Positions 1 to 9,055 of a DNA stretch of 64,000 bases are shown piece by piece. The DNA lies in NCBI GenBank assembly GCA_937981915.1, contig CALJMD010000211.1:156-64155 (forward strand), in the 5' to 3' direction. Numbering within the stretch: position 1 is the first letter of the stretch; each line of letters opens with the position of its first letter. This stretch comes from an uncultured Acidimicrobiales bacterium. GTDB lineage: Bacteria > Actinomycetota > Acidimicrobiia > Acidimicrobiales > SZUA-35. Below the pieces are notes generated by a model. It was given only the letters and a program-made list of their open reading frames with translations. It was not told the origin of the DNA and ran no database searches. Both the position numbers and the translations under genes were made by a program.

Positions 1-64
1 CTATCAGGAAGTTAAGAAGAACCGCAGTCAAACGGCCTAGAAATCTTCACGAGCGTGTTGTTAT

Positions 65-901
65 CTAGACAACAGCACGCAATGCATCCGACATGGCCGC
101 CAAGGGTGGCTCCAGCCCGGTGAAACGTTGGATCTGCAAGCCGGCCTGCTGAATCAGCATTCCAAGTCCGTTGGCCGTACGAGCGCCCTGACTTTCAGCC
201 AGCCGCAGGAGCGGCGTTAGCGCCGGCTGGTACACGATGTCGACCACTTCCTGGCCCCGATGGAGCAGACTGCTGTCAACCGGCGACAGATCGGGAGCGG
301 GGCCTCCGGTCATACCGACCGATGTGGCGTTCACGACCACGTGGCAGTCACCGATGGCGGCCGGATCAGCAACTCGAGCCACCGTCGCCAACTCGGCAGC
401 GTCCCCAGCAGACGACGGCGTTCTGTTGACCACGGCGATGTCAGAGGCACCGGCGCGGCCTGCCGCCTCAATAATCGACCGAGCCGCTCCCCCGGCGCCG
501 ATAACGGCAACCGAGCGGCCGGATAGCGTCGAGCCAAAATGCTCGTTGTGAGCCAAGACAAAGCCATCGCCGTCGGTGGAGTCGGCCACGATCTCATCGC
601 CATCCCAGAACAGCGTGTTTGCCACTCCAAGACGCACAACGGCTTCTGTTACCCGATCTGCAGACTCTGCGACCGGCCGTTTAAACGGCATGGTGACCGA
701 TAGCCCTCCAAGACCGAAGGTCCGCATGGCATCAACGATTCGATCCCCCGCATCTTCAGCGACCTCGAACGCAACATAGGTCCAATCGAGTCCAAGATGC
801 TGGAATGCAGCGTTGTGCAGAATCGGCGACTTTGAGTGGCGAACGGGGTGACCGACCACGCCAGCCACCACGGTTGTAGCGGTCGGCGTCATGGGTGTCA
901 T
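65..901 (-). CDS. aroE: shikimate dehydrogenase (NADP+)
   Basis: 278-aa ORF. GVVGHPVRHSKSPILHNAAF substrate-binding signature and VAVIGAGGAARS Rossmann loop. Lies 33 nt downstream of mltG, as in other actinobacteria. Confidence 0.85.
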   Translation of the reverse strand: MTPMTPTATTVVAGVVGHPVRHSKSPILHNAAFQHLGLDWTYVAFEVAEDAGDRIVDAMRTFGLGGLSVTMPFKRPVAESADRVTEAVVRLGVANTLFWDGDEIVADSTDGDGFVLAHNEHFGSTLSGRSVAVIGAGGAARSIIEAAGRAGASDIAVVNRTPSSAGDAAELATVARVADPAAIGDCHVVVNATSVGMTGGPAPDLSPVDSSLLHRGQEVVDIVYQPALTPLLRLAESQGARTANGLGMLIQQAGLQIQRFTGLEPPLAAMSDALRAVV

Positions 902-934
902 TGGAGGCGCCTGGTCACAGAGCCAACCGGAACG

Positions 935-2104
935 CTAGTTGTCAAGCAGGCCGAGCTCGTCGGAGAGCCGCTTCTGCTCATTGAATTCGCTGAACTCGGC
1001 AGTGAAGAAGTGATTACCCTGCTCGTCAGCCAGCACGTAGTACAGCCAGTCACCGTCGGCCGGGTTCATGGCTGCCTCCAGTGAGGCCCGACCGGGAACG
1101 CCGATAGGGGTCGGCGGTAGACCGAGCTCCAGGCGGGAGTTGAACTGTTCCTCAGAATCCAACATGCTCTGGGTAATCGGGATCCCGCGCTCGCCAGCGT
1201 TAAAGATGAAGGTGGCGTCGATACCGATCGGGATCTGTTGGGTGAGCCGGTTGTAGATGACCCGAGCGATCTTGGGTCGATCAGCATCGGTCTTCGCCTC
1301 AGCCTCAACCAGGGAGGCGACGATGATGGCCTGGTAGGCGGTGACACCGAGCCGTTGCTCAGCGGCCCCGTAGCCCAGCTCGCCGGTCACTTTGGCGAAC
1401 TCGTCGCTCATCTTCTCCAGGACCTCAACTGCGGTGATTTCTTCCTCGATGAAGTACGTGGACGGGAAGAGCAGGCCTTCCCAGCTGCTGTTGCCTTCGG
1501 GTCGGTAACGGGGCTGCAATTGGCCAGCCTGGAGTGCCGAGGCCAGTTGGGCTTCGGTGACGCCGGGTACCTGATTAGCGATCCGCGGCAGCATCTCGTT
1601 AACCCAAAGTCCTTCGATTACACGGAACTGGCCGTATTCGATCTCCTTGGGTCCGCCCTGCAGAACGACAATGGCCTCATCGGCCGACATGTTCTCCTGG
1701 AAGGTGTACTCGCCGGCCTGGAAGTTGCCCTGATCTTGCCACTGTGCGTAGTAACGAAAGAACGTGCTGTTGGGAATGACATCCTGATTGGCCAATATCG
1801 ACCCGATATCGGTTGTCGTGGACCCGGCGGGGATGGTGATCACAAGTTGGGAACCCGGGTCGCCTTCCGGGTCGAGCTGCCCAGCGAACCAGTCGCGGCC
1901 GACGTTGAAGGCAAAGAAGCCGATGAACAAGAGCAGGCCGAGGGCAACGACCGACCGTACGATGCGGAAGATGGCGGGCCTGGTATTCACATACTCCGCC
2001 TCGTCATCCCAGATCAGGTCGTCGTCGATGCGTCGCACCGGCATGTACTGCCCGTCCGAAACTCGATCGCGCTCGCCTCCCTGCTGCTGATCAAGAATGC
2101 TCAC
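935..2104 (-). CDS. mltG: endolytic murein transglycosylase MltG (YceG-like)
   Basis: 389-aa ORF. N-terminal TM helix (VVALGLLLFIGFFAF) followed by a YceG domain (IIVASLVEAEAKTDADRPKIARVIYNRL, LGLPPTPIGVPG). Confidence 0.85.
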   Translation of the reverse strand: MSILDQQQGGERDRVSDGQYMPVRRIDDDLIWDDEAEYVNTRPAIFRIVRSVVALGLLLFIGFFAFNVGRDWFAGQLDPEGDPGSQLVITIPAGSTTTDIGSILANQDVIPNSTFFRYYAQWQDQGNFQAGEYTFQENMSADEAIVVLQGGPKEIEYGQFRVIEGLWVNEMLPRIANQVPGVTEAQLASALQAGQLQPRYRPEGNSSWEGLLFPSTYFIEEEITAVEVLEKMSDEFAKVTGELGYGAAEQRLGVTAYQAIIVASLVEAEAKTDADRPKIARVIYNRLTQQIPIGIDATFIFNAGERGIPITQSMLDSEEQFNSRLELGLPPTPIGVPGRASLEAAMNPADGDWLYYVLADEQGNHFFTAEFSEFNEQKRLSDELGLLDN

Positions 2105-2146
2105 ACCTAAATCCTACTGGACGTCCACGGCCCTTTGACGACATCT

Positions 2147-2611
2147 TCAGCCATCGGCCGGCGGGCACCCGGAATCAATCCAGCTTTGCAGAATTACCGT
2201 GGCTGCCGTCTGGTCAATTACGTCGCGCTGTCGACGCGACGAGACCCCGGCGGCATGCAGCGTGGTCGCCGCCTCAACCGTCGACAAGCGCTCATCGTGT
2301 AGAACAACTTCGATGTGGGATTCGCTGTCGGTGATGAGACGCCGCAACGCCTCCACCTCGCGGCGGATGGAACGGGCCGCAGGACCTTCGTCGCCGTCCA
2401 GCGAACGGGGTAAACCGACGACAATTGTCCGAGCATCGTTTTCATCGGCGATGTTGAGTACCTCACGGTGTTCGTCGGGTCGGTCCCCTCGGCGCTTCAC
2501 CGTGCCAAATGGTGTGGCCAGCATCCGGCCGGCGTCAGAAATGGCGACGCCAATGCGTCGATCTCCGAGGTCAAGCGAGAGCGCTCGCCCAGACTGACTC
2601 TGAGCGGTCAC
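2147..2611 (-). CDS. ruvX: putative pre-16S rRNA nuclease / Holliday junction resolvase-like RuvX (YqgF)
   Basis: 154-aa ORF with the LSLDLGDRRIGVAISD YqgF N-terminal catalytic motif. Sits between alaS and mltG. Confidence 0.85.
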   Translation of the reverse strand: MTAQSQSGRALSLDLGDRRIGVAISDAGRMLATPFGTVKRRGDRPDEHREVLNIADENDARTIVVGLPRSLDGDEGPAARSIRREVEALRRLITDSESHIEVVLHDERLSTVEAATTLHAAGVSSRRQRDVIDQTAATVILQSWIDSGCPPADG

Positions 2612-2656
2612 TGCCTGACCCAGTTCTTCGAAGCTAGTACGTTCAAGTCGTCGGGT

Positions 2657-5236
2657 TCAGGCTGAAGAGATAGCGGTGCGGGCAATGGCCAACGCATCAT
2701 CGATACCTTCAGGGTCCTTACCACCGGCCATCGCCAGATCAGCACCTTTGCCACCGCCGCCTTTGATGGCCTTGGCGCTATCGGCCAGCAGATCACCGGC
2801 CGTTACCGGACTGCCGTCGGCCACGGCGGCCACCAGCGCTGCGCCACCACCGGCCGGAGCACCACCGAGAACAACGGCGGTAACCCCGTCATGATTGCGA
2901 ATAGCGACAGCAAGATCTTTCAACTGATCACGATCGATCTCGTCGACTCGTGTGATGACCACGCCATCAGTAGCGCCGGCGGCCAACTCGGCAGCCCGAC
3001 CCTGAGCCATCTGGCTCTGGAGCTGTTTGATCTGTTTCTTGGCCTCGTCGAGTTCTCCCAGGCGCTTGCCCAGCCCCTCAAGAACGTCGCCTCGAGGCAC
3101 GTTCAACAATCCGGCAGCCTCGGTGATCACCGATTCTTCGGAACGAAGCAGGTCTACCGCGCCTGCTCCGGTGACGGCTTCAACTCGGCGAAGGTTCGAA
3201 CCGATCGACCCTTCCGAGACGATCTTCAACAGGCCGATGTCACCCAGCGCGTGGACGTGGGTTCCACCACAGAATTCAAGCGTTGGACCGGCCACCAGTA
3301 CTCGGACCCGTTCACCGTACTTGTCGCCGAAGAAGGCGATGGCTCCCATCTCTTCGGCCTCGCTTTTTGTCATCTCCGGGTGGTCGACACCGGGGTTGGA
3401 CAAAACTTCGGCGTTGACGAGATCTTCGATGCGGGCGATTTCTTCAGCCGTCACCGGTTCGAAGTGGCTGAAGTCGAAACGCAGCCGATCGGGCGCCACT
3501 AATGAGCCCTGCTGCTGGACGTGATCGCCTAAGACCTCTCGCAGGGCCCAATGAAGCAGGTGAGTTCCCGTGTGGTTGCGCCGAATGGCGTCTCGCCGCC
3601 CGGTATCAATTCGCAGTGTGGCCGATTGACCGGCCAGCAGTTCGCCTTCGATGATGCGTATGACATGACGATGCACACCGGGAACGGCGTACACCGTGTC
3701 GAACACTTCGGCCTTGCCGGTTTCGGTTGTCACCCAGCCGGTGTCGCCGATTTGTCCGCCGGACTCGGCGTAGAACGGCGTTCGGTCGAAGAAGGCCGAG
3801 ACCGTGTCGGTGCCAAGGCCGGTTACCAGTTGAACGGTGGCGGCAACGTCTTCCAGCTCGTCACGTCCGACGAACTCGGTTGTCCCGCTGCCTTCCACCA
3901 GGGCCTGGACCTGCTCAAAGTCGGCAGCAACGACAACGCCCTTGCGGGCTGCTTTGGCTCGGGATCGCTGTTCGGCCATGGCCTCGTCGAAGCCGGGGCG
4001 ATCAACGCTCAGGCCCCGCTCGGCCACGACCTCTTCGGTCACCTCAAAGGGGAATCCGTAGGTGTCATGCAACATGAAGGCCACGGCGCCAGGCAGGGCG
4101 CCACCTTCGGGAACGTCGGCCAGGTGCTCATCCAGGATCGACGAACCGGTGGCCAGCGTCTTGCGGAACTGAATTTCCTCCCGCTCCACCACCGAGCGGA
4201 TCAGCTCGTGGGTGGTTTGCAGTTGCGGGTAGTCCTCACCCATGATCTGGACCACGGCGTCCACCAGCTTGGCGGTCACCAGGTCCTCCACCCCGAGTAG
4301 ATAGGCGAAGCGGACGGCTCGCCGCATGATTCGGCGCAGCACGTAGCCCCGGTCTTCATTGGAGGGGAACACGCCGTCGCTGATGAGGAACGCCATGGTT
4401 CGTGCGTGCTCGGCCAGCACCCGAAGAGCCAGGTCAGAGCGTTCGTCGTTGCCCAGCTGGTAGCCGGTTATGGCCTCCGCCTTCGAGATGAGCGAGGCCA
4501 TCTCGTCGATCTCGAATACCGAGTCCTTTTCCTGCAACACGGCCAGAATTCGCTCGAGACCGGCGCCGGTGTCGATCGAGGGTTTGGGCAGCGGGGTCGA
4601 CTGGCCAGACTCGTCGGTCTCGAACTGCATGAAGACCAGGTTCCAGATCTCGACAAAGCGGTCTTCGTCACCGTGAGCCGGTCCGCCGTCGTCGCCGTAC
4701 TTAGGGCCCTTGTCCCAGAAGATCTCCGAACACGGGCCGTTAGGGCCGGTGTCGGCCATTCGCCACCAGTTGTCCTCATCCAAGCGCTGAATCCGCTCCG
4801 CCGGGACACCGACGCTGTCACGCCAGATGTCGGCGGCCTCATCGTCGCTCAGGTGCACGGTCACCCACAACCGCTCGGGGTCGAGACCAAGGACTTCGGT
4901 GACAAACTCCCAGGCCATGGCGATGGCCTCAGGCTTGAAGTAGTCGCCAAAACTAAAGTTGCCCATCATCTCAAAGAACGTCAGATGGCGAGCGGTGCGT
5001 CCCACCTCGTCAAGATCGTTGTGCTTGCCCCCGGCACGAACACACTTTTGTACCGTTACGGCTCGACGGTGCTCGGGTACTTCCTCTCCGAGGAAATAGG
5101 ACTTGAACGGCACCATGCCCGAGTTGACAAACAGCAGGGTTTGATCGTGGGGAATGAGGCTCGCTGACGGCAACCGCTGATGGTCGCGACCGACAAAGTA
5201 ATCGGTAAATGCCTTCCGGAGTTCTTTGGCCTTCAT
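2657..5236 (-). CDS. alaS: alanine--tRNA ligase
   Basis: Class II AlaRS motifs (LLFVNSGMVPFK, RHLTFFEMMGNFSFGDYFK) and editing-domain zinc motifs HTGTHLLH and CGGTHV. Start placed at ATG 5236 (MKAKELRKAF). The ORF-track start at 5323 adds 29 non-conserved residues. Confidence 0.95.
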   Translation of the reverse strand: MKAKELRKAFTDYFVGRDHQRLPSASLIPHDQTLLFVNSGMVPFKSYFLGEEVPEHRRAVTVQKCVRAGGKHNDLDEVGRTARHLTFFEMMGNFSFGDYFKPEAIAMAWEFVTEVLGLDPERLWVTVHLSDDEAADIWRDSVGVPAERIQRLDEDNWWRMADTGPNGPCSEIFWDKGPKYGDDGGPAHGDEDRFVEIWNLVFMQFETDESGQSTPLPKPSIDTGAGLERILAVLQEKDSVFEIDEMASLISKAEAITGYQLGNDERSDLALRVLAEHARTMAFLISDGVFPSNEDRGYVLRRIMRRAVRFAYLLGVEDLVTAKLVDAVVQIMGEDYPQLQTTHELIRSVVEREEIQFRKTLATGSSILDEHLADVPEGGALPGAVAFMLHDTYGFPFEVTEEVVAERGLSVDRPGFDEAMAEQRSRAKAARKGVVVAADFEQVQALVEGSGTTEFVGRDELEDVAATVQLVTGLGTDTVSAFFDRTPFYAESGGQIGDTGWVTTETGKAEVFDTVYAVPGVHRHVIRIIEGELLAGQSATLRIDTGRRDAIRRNHTGTHLLHWALREVLGDHVQQQGSLVAPDRLRFDFSHFEPVTAEEIARIEDLVNAEVLSNPGVDHPEMTKSEAEEMGAIAFFGDKYGERVRVLVAGPTLEFCGGTHVHALGDIGLLKIVSEGSIGSNLRRVEAVTGAGAVDLLRSEESVITEAAGLLNVPRGDVLEGLGKRLGELDEAKKQIKQLQSQMAQGRAAELAAGATDGVVITRVDEIDRDQLKDLAVAIRNHDGVTAVVLGGAPAGGGAALVAAVADGSPVTAGDLLADSAKAIKGGGGKGADLAMAGGKDPEGIDDALAIARTAISSA

Positions 5237-5344
5237 AGTGCAATCCAGACTATCGAAGGCCCGGTGCACCGTGACTGCAATTAGCGGGGTTAACGAATCT
5301 GCCGATTTGCAGCGGCAGCTCAACGCCGGCGTGAGGTTAGAACC

Positions 5345-5950
5345 TCACCGTTCCCACGGCTTGTCCGGCGGACGATACGTTCGGCGGACACGGCGTGGTT
5401 TGTCGGCCGCCGCTCGACGATGGCGGAAGCGGCCTCGAACAGATTCGGGCGGGACCCGCTCCCAAAGGGCGTCGTATTCGTCATCGCTGTCACCGTGACG
5501 GGCCGCTCTAGCGTCTAGCAACGAAAGATCGGCTCGACGATGGTCGCCTCGAGACCGGTGGTAGTCAGACCAGAGTTCACGCTCCAACTCGTCACTTTCG
5601 TCTCGGACGTCGTTGCTGAGAGCCCGACGCCACTGGGAGACTGATCGACGAAACTGGTCAGCCACTCTCAGTGACTCGCCGGCTGTTCCGGCAGCCGCTT
5701 TCGAGACACCGGCCGCCCTCCGGGCCGAGCGCCCGGCCACCATGGCCGTGCCCATCATTCGAAGTGGGTCACCGGGAGCGTCTTTCAACGCCGAAACAAT
5801 GGTGTCAGGCATCTTGTCGGCGGCCTCAGCGGTTGCCTCGTCGATGCGGCGTTGGCCGCCGCGTCGGGCCAAGGACCGGCCGGCGGCGACAATGGCCACC
5901 CACCCGAAGCGTCGAAGTACCACTCGAAAGATCCAGCGTAGAAGAAACAT
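5345..5950 (-). CDS. hypothetical Arg/Asp-rich protein
   Basis: 201-aa ORF from ATG 5950 (MFLLRWIF), 19 nt after the upstream gene. I recognise no motif. Coding status rests on length, strand and operon context only. Confidence 0.4.
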   Translation of the reverse strand: MFLLRWIFRVVLRRFGWVAIVAAGRSLARRGGQRRIDEATAEAADKMPDTIVSALKDAPGDPLRMMGTAMVAGRSARRAAGVSKAAAGTAGESLRVADQFRRSVSQWRRALSNDVRDESDELERELWSDYHRSRGDHRRADLSLLDARAARHGDSDDEYDALWERVPPESVRGRFRHRRAAADKPRRVRRTYRPPDKPWER

Positions 5951-5969
5951 CAGCCTGCATACCTCGGCG

Positions 5970-6410
5970 TCATGATTTGCGCCTTCCTCGTCGACCCTCG
6001 GACCGAGATCCGGACTCGACCTCGGGGAGAGTAATTGTCTCGTCGCTTTGTCCTTTGCGACCTCGCAGCAGCTTGCGGGCCACTCGGCCGGTTCCTGAGG
6101 CAACGGCCAACGTCCTGATCACGGGATCCTGGACGGCCTCATGGGTTCGCCTAGTGGTTTCCGAGATAGCCGTAGTTGCCTGATCGGCCCGATCGAGAAC
6201 GATGTCCACCTTGTCGAGCTCGGCATCAGCGTCGGCCACCAACTGACGAAGTTCGCTGAACGCGGCAACACCCTCGGAGCGGAGGTGGGCGGCCGTCTCC
6301 TCCAGCTTGGCCAACGTGTTGTTCAAGTTGTTGACGGCAGTGACCAGAAAGACCGCGGCGACGACCACGGCAATAGCAACAATCACAGATGCAAAATCGA
6401 TGATGGTCAA
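5970..6410 (-). CDS. membrane-anchored coiled-coil protein, DUF948-like architecture
   Basis: Open frame 5970..6536. Proposed TTG start at 6410 overlaps the rarA stop (TTGA). One N-terminal TM helix (IIDFASVIVAIAVVVAAVFLV) followed by a helical coiled-coil segment. Start is uncertain. Confidence 0.5.
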   Translation of the reverse strand: MTIIDFASVIVAIAVVVAAVFLVTAVNNLNNTLAKLEETAAHLRSEGVAAFSELRQLVADADAELDKVDIVLDRADQATTAISETTRRTHEAVQDPVIRTLAVASGTGRVARKLLRGRKGQSDETITLPEVESGSRSEGRRGRRKS

Positions 6411-7792
6411 TCGGCCTCCCCTGGCGGAGCGTCGTCGTCTCGCCTCCGGATCCAGTCCTCCACGCCGTCTCTCGACGTGGGCCGGTAATACTTCCGGGAA
6501 GTGAGCTCGTCTGGAATGTAGCCCTGTTCGACCCATCCCTCGGGATAATCGTGAGGATATCGGTATCCGACGCCGTGCCCCAGCGACTCGGCTCCACGAT
6601 ACGACCCATCGCGCAAGTGGAGAGGGACCTCGCCGGCCGGTTCGCCCTGAACGTCGGACATTGCCTCTTTGAAACCCTTGTAGGCGGAGTTCGACTTCGG
6701 TGCGGTGGCAAGATACACGGTGGCGTGCGCCAAATTTATTCCGGCCTCGGGCAGCCCGACGTAGTCAACCGCACGAGCTGCGCCAATGGCAACGGTGAGA
6801 GCGTTCGGATCGGCCATGCCAATGTCTTCCGACGCAGCAATGACCAGCCTTCGAGCTAGGAACCGGGCGTCTTCGCCTGCGGTAATCATTCTCGCCAGCC
6901 AGTAGAGAGCGGCGTTGGGGTCACTGCCTCTGATGCTCTTGATGAAAGCGCTGATGACGTCGTAGTGCTCGTCGCGACCATAACGCAACGCCTTAAGGTC
7001 GGATGCCGCCTCGGCGTCGGCGAGATCAACGACAATGCCGGTAGGAGACGGGCTCGATGATGAGGGCTCAGGTGTCGACCCATCGGCGCCGTCGGGCGAC
7101 CCATCAGCCTCGCGACGGCGAGCGTCAGCAAGCGCCACTGCAGTTTCCAACGTTGTCAGCGCTTGTCGCCCGTCGCCGACCGCTCGAGAGACCAGATGAT
7201 CAATGGCCTCGTCGCTGGCGGTAGCTCCCTCAAATTCGATCCCTCGTCGCAACAGCGTTGTCAGCGCCTCGTCGTCCAGCGGCTCGAGACGGAACAATGT
7301 CGACCGGCTCCGCAACGGGCCGTTCACTTCGAAGAACGGATTCTCCGTGGTGGCGCCGATAAGTGTGATGACACCAGACTCGACCGCAGGCAACAACGCG
7401 TCCTGTTGTGCTTTGTTGAAACGGTGGACCTCGTCCAAAAACAGGATCGTGCCTTGGCCGTGTGCCCCTAACCGTTCCTCAGCGTCGGCAATTACCTGGC
7501 GAACATCTTTCACCGACGCATTAACCGCCGATAGTTGAACGAAGTTCTTGGCCGACGCCGTAGCCAGCAGTCGCGCCAAGGTTGTCTTTCCCGTTCCGGC
7601 GGGACCCCAGAGGATTACCGATGCAAGACGGTCAACGTTCAACAACCGACGCAACGGACCCTGCTCCCCCAGCAGGTGTTCCTGGCCAACGACATCGTCA
7701 AGCGACGTCGGCCGCATGCGATCAGCCAGCGGCGACCTCGCTCGCAGACGCTCCTCGGCGGCGGCGGCAAACAGATTCGGTGCACCAGACAT
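6407..7792 (-). CDS. rarA: replication-associated recombination protein A (AAA+ ATPase RarA/MgsA)
   Basis: Walker A GPAGTGKTTLARLLA, Walker B ILFLDEVHRFNK, and C-terminal MgsA region HLRDGSYRGAESLGHGVGYRYPHDYP. Start set to ATG 7792 (MSGAPNLF). Confidence 0.9.
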   Translation of the reverse strand: MSGAPNLFAAAAEERLRARSPLADRMRPTSLDDVVGQEHLLGEQGPLRRLLNVDRLASVILWGPAGTGKTTLARLLATASAKNFVQLSAVNASVKDVRQVIADAEERLGAHGQGTILFLDEVHRFNKAQQDALLPAVESGVITLIGATTENPFFEVNGPLRSRSTLFRLEPLDDEALTTLLRRGIEFEGATASDEAIDHLVSRAVGDGRQALTTLETAVALADARRREADGSPDGADGSTPEPSSSSPSPTGIVVDLADAEAASDLKALRYGRDEHYDVISAFIKSIRGSDPNAALYWLARMITAGEDARFLARRLVIAASEDIGMADPNALTVAIGAARAVDYVGLPEAGINLAHATVYLATAPKSNSAYKGFKEAMSDVQGEPAGEVPLHLRDGSYRGAESLGHGVGYRYPHDYPEGWVEQGYIPDELTSRKYYRPTSRDGVEDWIRRRDDDAPPGEAD

Positions 7793-7859
7793 GCGCTGCG
7801 ACCTCCGTAAACCAAGTGACAACCGCAACCAAGATCCTACACAAGCCAGGAGATAACTC

Positions 7860-9032
7860 GTGACCGCAGGATCACTGCTCACCATCCTGTTCTACGCATG
7901 GTTGATAGTCAGCGCCGCCGTTGCGGTCGTCTGGTATCGCCGTCGAACGAAGAGCAAGGCCGAAACACAACGCAACCGACTTCGAGTCCTCAACGAACGA
8001 GACGCCGAACGCAAGTCCGATGCAACCGAAGTCGAAACCGAAAACGAAACCGAGCAGGCCAAAGTCGGAGTCACGGCAGCGGCAGCGACCGGACTGGCGG
8101 CTCACAATGGCACCGGGGCGCATCCCGAGACACAAGAGCCGATTAATCTCAACGAGTTCATCTTCGACTCAGAGGAAGATCTCGGCACGACAACCGATGA
8201 GATCGACTTCAGCGACGGCGTCGACACTGGCGAAATCGACACAAATGTCGACTCCGAACTAGCCACTGAACTTGAGTCCGACGTCGACACCGAGCTTGAG
8301 TCCGAAGTCGACACCGAGACCGATGGTCCTGGCGCTGATCAGGTCGATCCCGAAATTGATGGAGCTGACGTCGTCGACGACGAGATCCTCGGAGACGGTC
8401 TCTCCATCAACGACGCTGACTCCGCTGACAACGTCACCTCAGAGGCTGACACAACAGAGAATGAAGACGAGCTGAACGGCAGCGCCGTCGACACTGACGC
8501 ACCCGTTGAAGACACGTCGGAGACCACCGGGGAAGCCACGTCGGAGACCGGGGAAACCACCTCGGAGACCACCGAGGAAACCGCCGGGGAAGTCGCTAAC
8601 GAAACGGGCTCGGACCGACTTGTGCTTGGTTCGCTGCCAACCGATGAGGATCAACCCGCACCGGACCTCACCGGGCTCCTCACCGAGTTCGACCTGCCCT
8701 ACGATCTGGAACCGCTGACCGACGATCGAACCGAGGAAACAGAGTATGGCGGCCACATCGCCCTGGTCAGCGAGCACGGCGACGCAGCAGAGGTTGGTAC
8801 CGCGTTAGCCGACGCACTGGTTGAGATCGGCTACAACTTTGAACCCATCGGCCATGACCGCGGCCTAGCCAAACGGGGCAGCGATCTGATCGCGCTACGA
8901 ATCATTCCTGAGGTTGGCGAGTCTGACGTCAGCGAACGCTACGCCCAATCGGCCGTGAACGACTCGTCGATGGTCATTGAAATGTGGTCGGGCCAAGCAG
9001 CAGTTGAAGCCGGAGCGGTCAGTCAAGTCTGA
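7860..9032 (+). CDS. membrane-anchored polyacidic repeat protein (hypothetical)
   Basis: 390-aa ORF with GTG start. N-terminal TM helix followed by RRRTKSK (positive-inside). A long D/E/T-rich low-complexity region contains in-frame tandem DNA repeats. The last ~130 aa are non-repetitive. Confidence 0.55.
   Translation: MTAGSLLTILFYAWLIVSAAVAVVWYRRRTKSKAETQRNRLRVLNERDAERKSDATEVETENETEQAKVGVTAAAATGLAAHNGTGAHPETQEPINLNEFIFDSEEDLGTTTDEIDFSDGVDTGEIDTNVDSELATELESDVDTELESEVDTETDGPGADQVDPEIDGADVVDDEILGDGLSINDADSADNVTSEADTTENEDELNGSAVDTDAPVEDTSETTGEATSETGETTSETTEETAGEVANETGSDRLVLGSLPTDEDQPAPDLTGLLTEFDLPYDLEPLTDDRTEETEYGGHIALVSEHGDAAEVGTALADALVEIGYNFEPIGHDRGLAKRGSDLIALRIIPEVGESDVSERYAQSAVNDSSMVIEMWSGQAAVEAGAVSQV
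8271..8318 (+). repeat. 24-nt perfect-phase tandem repeat x2 (23/24 identical) encoding LESDVDTE/LESEVDTE
   Basis: cttgagtccgacgtcgacaccgag followed directly by cttgagtccgaagtcgacaccgag, in frame with the 7860..9032 ORF. Confidence 0.9.
8529..8570 (+). repeat. 21-nt tandem repeat x2 (19/21 identical) encoding GEATSET/GETTSET
   Basis: ggggaagccacgtcggagacc followed directly by ggggaaaccacctcggagacc, in frame with the 7860..9032 ORF. Confidence 0.85.
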
Positions 9033-9055
9033 CCAGCCCGTCTCGACGTTGGCGA

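Noticed and set aside
1-64. Possible 3' end of a plus-strand gene (frame 2 reads YQEVKKNRSQTA then a stop at 38..40) and an imperfect inverted repeat (TGTTGT/ACAACA) around the aroE stop.
   Set aside because: Too little sequence to support a CDS. The 6-bp stem has no U-tract and overlaps the aroE stop codon, so it is not convincing as a terminator.
1238-2110. Long plus-strand ORF (290 aa) antisense to mltG. Similar antisense or alternate-frame ORFs occur at 3551..4300, 14759..15760, 42227..42934, 47456..48127 and 53208..53975, among many others in the track.
   Set aside because: They lie entirely within genes that have strong family motifs on the other strand, and they have low-complexity Arg/Gly/Pro/Ala-rich translations. 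Stop-poor antisense frames are expected in GC-rich DNA. They have no independent motif support.
5237-5344. Possible T-box or attenuator leaders upstream of aminoacyl-tRNA synthetase genes: alaS 5237..5344 (with a CTGCCG/CGGCAG hairpin at 5299..5318), thrS 36519..36589, and hisS 12082..12155.
   Set aside because: No T-box core sequence (AGGGUGGNACCGCG-like) is visible. The leaders are too short for a T-box, and the hairpins lack U-tracts. At most they are weak terminator or processing structures.
8271-8570. Tandem direct repeats that could be mistaken for a CRISPR or minisatellite locus.
   Set aside because: The repeats are directly adjacent with no spacers, number only two copies each, and are in frame within a long ORF encoding acidic peptide repeats.
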